Assembly (NCBI GenBank): GCA_044440125.1
Contig: JBITAJ010000016.1
Span: forward strand, 1 to 64,000
DNA from: Sedimentisphaeraceae bacterium JB056
Lineage (GTDB): Bacteria > Planctomycetota > Phycisphaerae > Sedimentisphaerales > Sedimentisphaeraceae
Reading direction: 5' to 3'
Length of the DNA: 64,000 nucleotides
Below, in pieces: positions 9,676 through 18,875 of the stretch. The notes beneath the pieces are model-generated. The model saw only the letters and a program-made list of their open reading frames with translations, was not told the origin of the DNA and searched no databases. A program made the position numbers and the translations under genes. The stretch's first letter is position 1; each line of letters starts with the position of its first letter.

Positions 9676-10635
9676 ATGAAAAAGTCGCAAGAACAACTTA
9701 TTAACGATTATCTTGATGGTAGGCTTGATGCTTCCGGGCAACAGCAATTTGATGAATTGTGCCATACAGATGCCGATTTTGCCCATGAGGCTGACGTCAT
9801 GAGGCGCCAGAAGCAGTTGTTAGCTGCTGATGAGCCTGCTGCGGTAGATGTAGTTTCGGATGTTCTCAAGCGTGTTGGTTCTAGCCGGGATATGGGCAGA
9901 AACAAGCACGAGTTTGGAATCAGGCGTTTCTTCAATGTTGCGGCAATGACGCTTATGGCACTTGCGCTTGGATCTGTTTTGTGGCTTATAAGCAAACCTT
10001 CTACTCAAGGTACAGAAGGTGGCGGTACTAAAGTTTCTTCGAATCTTTTAGCTCAGAATGAGAATGTTCCTGTTAAGATGGGGAGCATGCTTTATGGGCC
10101 TTCTCATAAAGATGTTAAGTTATCCAATGGGCTGCGTAATTATGATTTGAAGTTTCAGACACGCCAGATAGCGAAGACTGAGAGGGTGTTGGGACAGATA
10201 CTGTATGATCAGGGACTGCTCGACTGCGTTTCTGTCAACAGGGAGGCCGGACGATGTGTTTATACGATAGAATGCGGCGAAGGTGATGTTAAGAAAATAG
10301 CACAAGATATTGATGTTCTCTGGAATTATGCCGGCAAGGCAGATTTGAAGTTTGCAGATTATTCAAGAAAGCTTAATTTCAGTGTTTCGAATGTTAGTTC
10401 AGAGCAGGTTCTTGATATTGTTAATAGCGATACTGTCGATGAAAAGATTGCAAATGCAAGGGTGGCTTCTGTTCTCAATCATCTTCCGCAAGTGCCTGAA
10501 CCCAAATCAAAAGAGATATTGTCTGCACCGGGAGGGCTGCTTGCGCTAAGGCCTGTGCTTGCAGGTAAAAGTCCTGCACAAATCAGGACTGATAAGAGTG
10601 TGGTAGTTAGTGTTGAGTTCGTGCTTGTAGATTGA
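9676..10635 (+). CDS. Putative membrane-bound anti-sigma factor
   Basis: Directly follows the ECF gene; N-terminal LINDYLDGRL anti-sigma-like helix, one TM segment, extracytoplasmic C-terminus; ATG 9676 preferred (AAGGTGG RBS). Confidence 0.75.
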   Translation: MKKSQEQLINDYLDGRLDASGQQQFDELCHTDADFAHEADVMRRQKQLLAADEPAAVDVVSDVLKRVGSSRDMGRNKHEFGIRRFFNVAAMTLMALALGSVLWLISKPSTQGTEGGGTKVSSNLLAQNENVPVKMGSMLYGPSHKDVKLSNGLRNYDLKFQTRQIAKTERVLGQILYDQGLLDCVSVNREAGRCVYTIECGEGDVKKIAQDIDVLWNYAGKADLKFADYSRKLNFSVSNVSSEQVLDIVNSDTVDEKIANARVASVLNHLPQVPEPKSKEILSAPGGLLALRPVLAGKSPAQIRTDKSVVVSVEFVLVD

Positions 10636-10819
10636 TTTTGTCGTCATAAAACCTCTTTTTATGTAGATAAATTAGTGTGCTTATTGAAATAGTACATAAT
10701 TTATATATATATTGCATTGCCTTTCATCTTCTAATCATCTATCATAGAATCTTGAGTTATGCTTCTTGGATAGGAAGCTTGATTATTACATTTGAATTTA
10801 AGCTGAAAGGTTTGCTGAT

Positions 10820-11869
10820 ATGTCTAAGATGACAGGCGCGATATTGCCGGGTAACAGTACTGTTGAACTCAAGGAATTTGATATACCGACACCGGGTCAT
10901 GGTGAAGTCCTTATAAAAATGAAATCTTCTACTATTTGCGGCTCGGATATTCGCTGCATATATCATGAGCATTTGGGCAAGGGGCCGGAGGGGTATATGC
11001 CCGGTATGGTTGCCGGTCATGAGCCTTGCGGGCAGGTGGCAGAAATGGGGCCTGGCTGCCGCAGGTTTAAGGAAGGTGACAGGGTGGTTATTTATCACAT
11101 TTCCGGCTGCGGGCTTTGCAATGACTGCCGTCGTGGTTATATGATTTCGTGTACCAGTGAATATCGCCGTGCCTATGGCTGGCAGAGAAACGGCGGTATG
11201 GCCGAGTATATGCTTGCCGAAGAGAAGGATCTTGTACTGCTTCCGGACCAGCTTAGCTATGATGACGGTGCTCAGGTTGCATGCGGGTTTGGTACGGTTT
11301 ATGAAGGACTCGAAAAGATTGGTATCAGCGGCAATGATGCCGTATTGATAACAGGGCTTGGGCCGGTAGGGCTTGCTTCTGCTATGCTTGCAAAGGCGAT
11401 GGGGGCGTCTATGATAATCGGTACAGAGGCCATCGATGAACGAATCGAAATTGCCAATAATACAGGTTTGTTTGATTATGTTATCAAGGCGGGAGCTGAT
11501 AACGTTCAGCAGGTTAAGGATTTGACAGGCGGCTATGGTGTAGAGAAGGCTGTGGACTGTTCGGCTAACAATAAGGCAAGGCTTACTTGTATTCAGGCAA
11601 CAAGAAAGTGGGGCAGGATCGTATTTATTGGAGAAGGCGGTAGTTGCGAGTTCAGCCCATCGCCCGATATTATACACGACCAGAAAACCATCTACGGCTC
11701 ATGGGTTACGAATATCTGGCGTATGGAGGAGCTTGTTGAGCGTATTGCAAGATGGAAAATTCACCCTGAAGATCTTATTACCCACAGGTTTCCGCTTGAA
11801 AAGGCGTCAGAGGCTTATGCTCTGATGGCAAGCGGCAAATGCGGCAAAGTTGCGGTTGTCTTTGATTGA
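10820..11869 (+). CDS. Zinc-dependent MDR-family alcohol/polyol dehydrogenase
   Basis: ICGSD, GHE, structural CxxCxxC...C and GLGPVG motifs. Confidence 0.92.
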   Translation: MSKMTGAILPGNSTVELKEFDIPTPGHGEVLIKMKSSTICGSDIRCIYHEHLGKGPEGYMPGMVAGHEPCGQVAEMGPGCRRFKEGDRVVIYHISGCGLCNDCRRGYMISCTSEYRRAYGWQRNGGMAEYMLAEEKDLVLLPDQLSYDDGAQVACGFGTVYEGLEKIGISGNDAVLITGLGPVGLASAMLAKAMGASMIIGTEAIDERIEIANNTGLFDYVIKAGADNVQQVKDLTGGYGVEKAVDCSANNKARLTCIQATRKWGRIVFIGEGGSCEFSPSPDIIHDQKTIYGSWVTNIWRMEELVERIARWKIHPEDLITHRFPLEKASEAYALMASGKCGKVAVVFD

Positions 11870-11887
11870 TATTGTTAAATTGTATCC

Positions 11888-11940
11888 AAACATATCGAGA
11901 GCCTGTAAAGGTTTCTGCTTTCCAGATTCTCGATATGTTT
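11888..11940. terminator. Long inverted repeat between convergent genes (probable bidirectional terminator)
   Basis: AAACATATCGAGA (11888-11900) / TCTCGATATGTTT (11928-11940), with imperfect inner pairing. Confidence 0.6.
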
Positions 11941-11941
11941 C

Positions 11942-14410
11942 TCAGTTGATTATTTTTAAGTTTGGTAAGTTGTTTTTCAATTCTTTAATCTGAGACTTGC
12001 TTATTTCGCTGCATTCTTTAATGTTTAAATATCTCATTTTTTTTAACTTTTTAAGAATAGAGATATCTTGTATTGGGGTTTGGGACAAAGATAACCACCG
12101 TATATTTTCAAGTTGGTTAAGTACGGAGATATCACTAACTTTGGTGCTTGCTATAGATAATTTAACTAGCTTATTTAAGCCTTTTATGTGTGAAATATTC
12201 TTTATCTCTGTATGAGAAATAATCAGAGTTTTAAGGTTAGATAGGCCTTTCAAGGCAGAAATATCTTCAATATTTGTTTTAGATAGATATAATCTTTCTA
12301 GTTTTTTAAGGCTTTCAATATAAGAAATATCTCTAATTTCTGTTTTAGATAAAGATAACTTGATTAACGTATTTATGCTACTTATGTCGGCAAGATCAGT
12401 TATTTTGCTTGATGACAAATTAAGCCATTTCAATTTTTTAAGTTTTTTTACAAATGAGATGTTTTCTATATGAATACTAGATAAATACAGTCTTTCTAAA
12501 TTAATAAGATTTTCTATGACAGAGAAGTCTTTTATTGATGTATTGGACAGTGATAGTATTTGTAATTTTTTGAGATTTTTTAAAACAGAAATATCTTTTA
12601 CTAGAGAGTTGTCCAACCACAACCCTTGCAGGGTAATTGTTTTTTTCAGAGCCGAAATATTGCTTACTTGGGTATCGCACAAAAATAACTGTTCTAGTTG
12701 AGTTAGATTTTTCAGGCAAGAGATGTCGCTGACCCTATTTTCTTCCAAAGTCAGATATTTAAGGTTATTTAGATTCTCTAGAAAAGATATATCAGGTGTG
12801 TCAATACAACTTAGGTCCAAGTCTTCTATTTTTGAATAGTCTTCTTCTGTTATTTCTTTTGGATCTTTGTTAAGTTTTTCGCCAATTGATTCCAGTATTG
12901 CATCATCATTTCCTGATGACTCTATTTTGTTAGTTTCTTTTGCAATTCTTTCAGAAAACTCAATTTGCATTAAACTCTTAAGTTTTTTATTAAAAAGCAG
13001 TTCAGTTAAATCATGACGTTTATATTCATTTGCTAATTCTCTGTATTCTGGTGGTATCTTCTGCAAGGATTCATTATTGTCTGTATCTATTAGCGTGTCT
13101 TTATATTTGGGTATGACATGAGGAATGTGGTCAGAAAGGTCAAAATCTAAATCTTCATTAATTTCTATATTTTGTTGTTCTATTGCTGACCATTTGCTGA
13201 AGAAATTGTTAGCACGTTTGGCACCGAGCAAGTTTTGATATCTTCCTGCATAATCTTTTTCGAGAACTTTTCTTATGAAGAATATCTGCATGCCTTGTTT
13301 GAATGAATAATCAGCGTGGTCATCTCCGGCTTTTCTGAGCATTTCAACTCCGGCACCTGACATTATCGCGCTGTTTATGAGTCTTTTAACTTCTCTCGGG
13401 TTTCTTTCAGCAAGGTCATTTATGAGGCTATGGAAAAGCTTCTTTTCGTTTTCTTCAAGATGTTTATCAAAATATTCGATATTATCGAGGTGATTGTTAA
13501 GATAGCTGATGATCTGATCTTCGCTTGGTCCGACAGTTACTTCGGTTTGAAACATTTTGGCAAGATAATGGCCGCTCTTATAGTCATCGAGGCCGAGGTC
13601 GTTATAATGTTTTCTTACGAGCGGGTCTATTACATTTTTATCAACTCCAACGATAAATATAAGTCCTTCGATATTAAGGTATAGTTTTAATGCCTCCAGT
13701 ACGCCTAAAGCGACTTGCGGCATACACCTGTCAAGATCATCAATAAATATTACCATCCGTTCATTATTGCCAAGAGTAGTAGTGAGCCATTGCTGAAAAG
13801 AGGTCTCAAATTCATTGAGAAAGGCCTTTTCAGGATGAACATTCCTGTCATATTCTGTGATAATATCTTTTATGCATGAAAGATCAAACTCCGCTTCTCC
13901 TGCAACAGCTTTGCTGCCGGCTTTCAGTTTTATCGCGGCAAGAGTATGAAGAAAACCTTTGCCGAGAAAAAGCCCGAATTGTTTTGCAGCTTTGGCTACT
14001 CTTTCAATGTTCGCTCCTTTTACCTCTAAGCCTTTAAGTATGACTTCAGCAATTAGTCCACGCCATACGTCGTTTTTGTCGTAATATTTCCAAGGATAAA
14101 ACCAGACCGTCCGTACGGTTATTTTATCGGAAGTTGTGCCGTTATTGTTCCATTCATTTATTAGCCCTTCAAGCCACTCCATAGAGCTTGTTTTGCCGGT
14201 TCCCCATTCGCCATATATGGCGATTGAGGTGGGAGTTTGGGTTTCGGGGTGGCGTATTATGTCGAATACGGGGCCGAGTTTGAGGCAAAGATCGAATCTG
14301 TCATTAAAGGCTTTTTGCCTGTTTAGGGGGTGGTCACTTATAACAGGCAGAATTGGTTCTGTTTGAGCAAGTTTTTTGAAATAGCTTACTGCCTGTTCAT
14401 TATCGGCCAT
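11942..14410 (-). CDS. KAP-family P-loop NTPase fused to a C-terminal leucine-rich-repeat domain
   Basis: Walker A GEWGTGKTS, Walker B IFIDDLDRC, YLAKMFQ and NPREVKRLIN KAP motifs; about 13 tandem 22-aa LRRs (LxxLxxLxLSxTxIxDISxL). Confidence 0.88.
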   Translation of the reverse strand: MADNEQAVSYFKKLAQTEPILPVISDHPLNRQKAFNDRFDLCLKLGPVFDIIRHPETQTPTSIAIYGEWGTGKTSSMEWLEGLINEWNNNGTTSDKITVRTVWFYPWKYYDKNDVWRGLIAEVILKGLEVKGANIERVAKAAKQFGLFLGKGFLHTLAAIKLKAGSKAVAGEAEFDLSCIKDIITEYDRNVHPEKAFLNEFETSFQQWLTTTLGNNERMVIFIDDLDRCMPQVALGVLEALKLYLNIEGLIFIVGVDKNVIDPLVRKHYNDLGLDDYKSGHYLAKMFQTEVTVGPSEDQIISYLNNHLDNIEYFDKHLEENEKKLFHSLINDLAERNPREVKRLINSAIMSGAGVEMLRKAGDDHADYSFKQGMQIFFIRKVLEKDYAGRYQNLLGAKRANNFFSKWSAIEQQNIEINEDLDFDLSDHIPHVIPKYKDTLIDTDNNESLQKIPPEYRELANEYKRHDLTELLFNKKLKSLMQIEFSERIAKETNKIESSGNDDAILESIGEKLNKDPKEITEEDYSKIEDLDLSCIDTPDISFLENLNNLKYLTLEENRVSDISCLKNLTQLEQLFLCDTQVSNISALKKTITLQGLWLDNSLVKDISVLKNLKKLQILSLSNTSIKDFSVIENLINLERLYLSSIHIENISFVKKLKKLKWLNLSSSKITDLADISSINTLIKLSLSKTEIRDISYIESLKKLERLYLSKTNIEDISALKGLSNLKTLIISHTEIKNISHIKGLNKLVKLSIASTKVSDISVLNQLENIRWLSLSQTPIQDISILKKLKKMRYLNIKECSEISKSQIKELKNNLPNLKIIN

Positions 14411-14715
14411 GGTATATATCCTTAAAATGAAAAATCCTGCTTAAATTTAATTTACAGATAAAATATTATATACTGTTTGGGAGATTAATCAATATGAAAT
14501 ACATGTTGTGAGCTACATAAAGAAAGTCGGCTAAAATTCGATTTTATTTGCTTGAATTAATTAGCTTTAAGTTTGTTGTTTGAATTGTTTGTGTTGAAAA
14601 AGTGCAATAGATTGTCGAAAAAGTCCAAGAAAGAATGCTTTATTGGAATTATTTGCCTGTTAAAATAATATTCAACGTAAAATGGTATGTTGAATTTTTT
14701 CAATGAAAGGGTATT

Positions 14716-15723
14716 ATGGACAGTCGCGAACGCATCAAGAATATTTTCGCCTTGAAACCAGCAGATCGCTGCGGTTTCTGGATGGGGAACCCCCATGAGG
14801 ATACATGGCCGTTGCTTTACAAGGCTTTCGGCACTGAAGATCGGGAACAGATAAGGGTGATGATGGGTGATGATCTGCGGTGGATAGCTGAACACGGCCA
14901 ATCATACAAACATCCCGAGGGTAAGCCGATGTTCGATATGCAGCGAAAAGGCGAGGAGCTTTCGGCAGCCGGTTATTTTTCTGATTGTGAAAGCGTTGCG
15001 GAAGTTGAGGATTTTGATTGGCCCAGTGTCGAGTATCTTGATCTGGAGCCTATGCTTACTACCTTGAAGAATACCGGACCTTATTACAGGGCATCAGGTT
15101 TCTGGAGTCCGTTCTTTCATCTGGTGGGTGATTTTTTCGGCATGGAGAATTATTTCATCAAGATGTATACTCATCCGGAGGTTGTGCATGCTGTAACGAA
15201 GCATGTTGTCGATTTCTTTCTTGATGCCAACAAGCTTCTTTTTGAGAAGGCCGGTGATGAGATAGACGGTTTCTTTTTCGGTAATGATTTCGGTACCCAG
15301 CTTGATATACTTGTTGGGCCGGAGCAATTCAACGAATTCATTTTTCCGTATTTCAAGAAGCTTACAAAGCTCGGCCACGATTACGGCTACCAGGTAATAC
15401 TGCATTCCTGCGGTTCGATATATCGTGTTATCGAGAATCTCATAGAGCTTGGTGTTGATGCCCTGCATCCGCTTCAGGCCAAGGCAGCAAATATGGATGC
15501 TGAGAGGCTTGCAAGGGAGTTTGGCGGGCGTATCGCCTTTATGGGCGGCATAGATACCCAGCAGTTACTCGATCACGGCACGCCGGAGGAGGTTGCGGCT
15601 GAGGTTGAGAGGATAAAGAAGGTGTTGGGGCCGAATGTGGTTATAAGTCCAAGCCATGAATGTATTTTGCCGAATGTTCCTATCGAGAACGTAAAGGCGA
15701 TGTCAAGAGCGGCATTGAAATGA
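14716..15723 (+). CDS. URO-D/MtaA-CmuA superfamily protein
   Basis: GNDFG, HSCG, GGIDTQ and SPSH motifs. Confidence 0.8.
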   Translation: MDSRERIKNIFALKPADRCGFWMGNPHEDTWPLLYKAFGTEDREQIRVMMGDDLRWIAEHGQSYKHPEGKPMFDMQRKGEELSAAGYFSDCESVAEVEDFDWPSVEYLDLEPMLTTLKNTGPYYRASGFWSPFFHLVGDFFGMENYFIKMYTHPEVVHAVTKHVVDFFLDANKLLFEKAGDEIDGFFFGNDFGTQLDILVGPEQFNEFIFPYFKKLTKLGHDYGYQVILHSCGSIYRVIENLIELGVDALHPLQAKAANMDAERLAREFGGRIAFMGGIDTQQLLDHGTPEEVAAEVERIKKVLGPNVVISPSHECILPNVPIENVKAMSRAALK

Positions 15724-15725
15724 AA

Positions 15726-15762
15726 AAAGCCCCGTTATTGAAAACATCAGTAACGGGGCTTT
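15726..15762. terminator. Bidirectional intrinsic terminator
   Basis: AAAGCCCCGTTATTGA-AAACA-TCAGTAACGGGGCTTT between convergent genes. Confidence 0.85.
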
Positions 15763-15783
15763 GCTATGTTGTCGCATTCAATA

Positions 15784-16032
15784 TCAGAACAGATTGCCGT
15801 TTATAAATTCAAGAAGCAATCCGAGTATAAGCCCTATAAGTATCAAAACAACTGTTGAGCTGGCAAAGAGTTTCAGTGATTCTTTTATCAGCGTTGGTAC
15901 ATTGAGTACTTCAGGTTTTATCGTTTTAACAATAATACTTATGCAAAGCAATATGGGCAACGACCAAATGAAAGTGTATGGTGTTACCGGAATTTCGTGA
16001 ACGGCGGTAAAAGAAGCAAGCATGTTAATCAT
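15784..16032 (-). CDS. Small two-TM membrane protein
   Basis: Likely start ATG 16032 overlapping the end of the upstream gene; two hydrophobic segments (LPILLCISIIVKTIK). Confidence 0.65.
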   Translation of the reverse strand: MINMLASFTAVHEIPVTPYTFIWSLPILLCISIIVKTIKPEVLNVPTLIKESLKLFASSTVVLILIGLILGLLLEFINGNLF

Positions 16033-16441
16033 TTTTTTGCTCCTTCTTCTCTTTTTTGTAAACGAGGTTGCCGTGTGCAGCAATAGCAGCGGCTTTGAAA
16101 ATACATACCAGATTCAGCATACCGGCAAGTGATGTATAGAGCTGGCCGATATCCGAGGGCCTGCCGTAAGTGTGGATTCCAGATTTAGCCGAGTGACGTG
16201 CGATAATCTCCACTGCCGGTGAGAACATTATCTGTGCATAGTACCATGCCTTTGCATTAATAGTGTCTATTACCGTGTAGGAGCCTACGTACAGTCCAGT
16301 AAGGAACATAAGCGTAAGCACGACAAATATGATGGCTGCCCGCTTATAGTCCTTTAAAACGGCGTATCCTCCGCCGGGGATTACCCAGCCGAGGATTGCT
16401 ACCGTTATAGTTAATGAAATTTTATCATTTTTGTCAATCAC
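16025..16441 (-). CDS. Membrane protein (DUF6677-like)
   Basis: LGWVIPGGG and GQLYTSLAGMLNL motifs; three hydrophobic segments. Confidence 0.65.
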   Translation of the reverse strand: MIDKNDKISLTITVAILGWVIPGGGYAVLKDYKRAAIIFVVLTLMFLTGLYVGSYTVIDTINAKAWYYAQIMFSPAVEIIARHSAKSGIHTYGRPSDIGQLYTSLAGMLNLVCIFKAAAIAAHGNLVYKKEKKEQKND

Positions 16442-16446
16442 TGACC

Positions 16447-18573
16447 TTACTCCTGTTCCTGAGTGTCGGCCTTTTCTTCATCTTTGACATATTCAAAGTT
16501 TGTTCTCGCGATTATGTTATCAGCATTAAGCTGTATGAAAGCGGCTTTGATTGAGGCTGTGCTTTCGATTGCAGAAGCTGTTTCTTTCTTTGCGCTGTCA
16601 TAGTCTTCAGTGGTTGGTTTTGTTACTTCCACGTTCTTGACTGCTATAACGCTTTTAGAAGCAGGTAATTCCGCTACAGCAGGAAGCTGAGCATCTTTCA
16701 TTTCGTAAATTTTGTCCATCATCATCTTGTTCTTGATGGTATATTCAAGTCTGTTCATTGCCATACTTGAAGCTTTTGCCTGTGTGCGTGCTTTCTGAAT
16801 ATCAAGTTCAGATACTCGGTTGCGGTCTTTCATATCATTAACAAAGATATCGTTTTCGGCATCTTTATTGTATGCTTCTTTTGCAGCTTCCCAATCATCA
16901 CCTGCGGTTTCAATGAATTTTTCAGCTTTAACCTTGGCCGTTTCCATCGCCATCAAAGTTTTACAGTCATCTGAAACCGCTTCTTTAACGGTGAATATTT
17001 CTTCCTTAGGCTGACCTGTGATCTCTGATTTTGTAATGTCGTATGCTGCATCAATATTTTCAGGCACCTGAGCTGTCTTGTAATCAACGACTCTTACAAG
17101 TGCAAGCGTTTTAGGATACATTCCCTGCATTGGACCAATGTTCTGGTATATCTTAGGAGCAACGCCGTCAAATTTGCTGAGCTTTTCTGCTTCAAGGCCT
17201 TGTACCGCAAAAGCTTTTGTTATAAGCTCCACAGGCATTCTTGACGGTTTTTGTTCAGACAGTCTTCCAAGGTTTCTGTCGCTTCTCAGTTCTTTGCGGC
17301 TAAGGAATCCGGTTGATCCGCTGTAGACAGTTATGCCTGATTTAGCAGAAGCGTTTTTTGCTGCCTCTGAATAATCACCTGCGAATTGTTTGATCTGTTC
17401 GCCTGTCATGCTCTCTGTATCTTTATCGAGAAGCTTCTTACCAACCTCAGCTTTAATATCATTCATTATCAGCTCGGCACGTGCATTGGTACGCTGCTCA
17501 ACAAGCTGGCTCTTGATCTGATCTCTAACTTCAGCATATGATTTTATGCGAGTTTCTGTTTCAGAATCAGGATTTGAAGGATCTTTCTTGACCTCTTCTG
17601 TGAAATTTGATTTGTTACGTGTGTAATGATTTTCCATTTCCTCTTCGGTTGGCTGCTGAATCAATGTTTCAACATCATCAAGCTTAAGGATTACATACTC
17701 AAGCTTAACACGATCTGGGATCTTATAGCCAAAACCGTAAGGGTTGTTTTCAGTTATATCGCCTGCAAAGTAATTCTTGTATTCTTCGAATTGTTTGTTT
17801 ATCATTTCCTGCGGAACTTCTTCTATGCCTTTAGTGTAGTTATTGGCACGGAATTCTACATATGTGGAGTTGATTTTTTCTGTGCTGTATCCTATTTGTG
17901 AGGCAATTTCCGGCAGAGTAACATTTTCGGCTTTTATTGTGCTGTCAATATAAGCTGTTACTGAAAGCAGCTTAGCGAATATTTCTATTATTACTTCCTG
18001 CGGAACTTTGTGTTGGCTGCTGAGATTAGCAACGATAGTCGATGCCTGTCCCTGACCTCTTGTAATCACAGATGCAATATTCTTGTATACTTCCATTGCT
18101 TTTTCACTGCTTACCGCACAACCAAGATCCTGAGCTTCTTTGTTCAGAAGAATCCAATAGATTGGAGCATCGCCTTTGTTTGCTTCGAAGAACGCCTGTA
18201 CGGCATCATTGTCAAGCGTTAATTGTCCCTGCATTGCTGCATATTTGAGCTGGGCGTCAAGCATAGAAGCTGAACCGCTGTCAGGGAATATTAATTGTGC
18301 AATCAGTCTGCCTGGCAGACTCTGTGATGCAAGTACCTGACCGGCACCCATATCTCGGAGTATCTCAAGTTCACTTATCGCTTCCATCCGATCGAGTGCG
18401 TTAATCTTTTCACCATCTATAGACGCGATAGCTTTTTTGCTTGGGCCTCTGCTTGAAAGCAACTGTCTGAGGGAAAAACCACCAACAAAAGTAATCATAA
18501 TAACAACAACAACCCACACCATTATTTTTTGGTTGTTTTTCCTGAGCCACTTAACAAAACTCATATATTTCAC
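16447..18573 (-). CDS. Membrane-anchored periplasmic chaperone, PpiD/SurA-N-like
   Basis: WLRKNNQK followed by one TM anchor; large soluble domain with PpiD-like segments (PDRVKLEYV, PTEEEMENHY, SYAEVRDQI). Confidence 0.6.
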   Translation of the reverse strand: MKYMSFVKWLRKNNQKIMVWVVVVIMITFVGGFSLRQLLSSRGPSKKAIASIDGEKINALDRMEAISELEILRDMGAGQVLASQSLPGRLIAQLIFPDSGSASMLDAQLKYAAMQGQLTLDNDAVQAFFEANKGDAPIYWILLNKEAQDLGCAVSSEKAMEVYKNIASVITRGQGQASTIVANLSSQHKVPQEVIIEIFAKLLSVTAYIDSTIKAENVTLPEIASQIGYSTEKINSTYVEFRANNYTKGIEEVPQEMINKQFEEYKNYFAGDITENNPYGFGYKIPDRVKLEYVILKLDDVETLIQQPTEEEMENHYTRNKSNFTEEVKKDPSNPDSETETRIKSYAEVRDQIKSQLVEQRTNARAELIMNDIKAEVGKKLLDKDTESMTGEQIKQFAGDYSEAAKNASAKSGITVYSGSTGFLSRKELRSDRNLGRLSEQKPSRMPVELITKAFAVQGLEAEKLSKFDGVAPKIYQNIGPMQGMYPKTLALVRVVDYKTAQVPENIDAAYDITKSEITGQPKEEIFTVKEAVSDDCKTLMAMETAKVKAEKFIETAGDDWEAAKEAYNKDAENDIFVNDMKDRNRVSELDIQKARTQAKASSMAMNRLEYTIKNKMMMDKIYEMKDAQLPAVAELPASKSVIAVKNVEVTKPTTEDYDSAKKETASAIESTASIKAAFIQLNADNIIARTNFEYVKDEEKADTQEQE

Positions 18574-18875
18574 TCCAATTTATAATAAAATATCTACTAA
18601 AAATATCCATTATTCATATACTATTCGATAATCCGATTAGTATATGAAACATAAGCGGCTTTGCAAGCTATAAGATATAAAAAATCATCATCAAATGGGT
18701 TTGCTGACTGTTTTGGGCATTCAGGCCCTAATCATGCCCAATTTTATTGTGAATATTTGCCTTTTTACAGGGCTGTTACTGCATTGATAAACACAGAAAA
18801 GGCTTTAGCTAAGATGATTGAGCCTTAGTTTATGAAAAAAAGATTGTAATATCGAGGTGAATTTCTACAATAGCT

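Noticed and set aside
10757..11677. 306-aa minus-strand ORF
   Set aside because: Antisense shadow of the Zn-dependent dehydrogenase gene
11942..12850. 66-bp periodicity suggesting a DNA repeat array
   Set aside because: Explained by protein LRRs; the nucleotide copies are divergent and have no repeat-spacer structure
14716..15723. Calling this gene hemE
   Set aside because: HemE-specific N-terminal motif absent and no haem genes nearby
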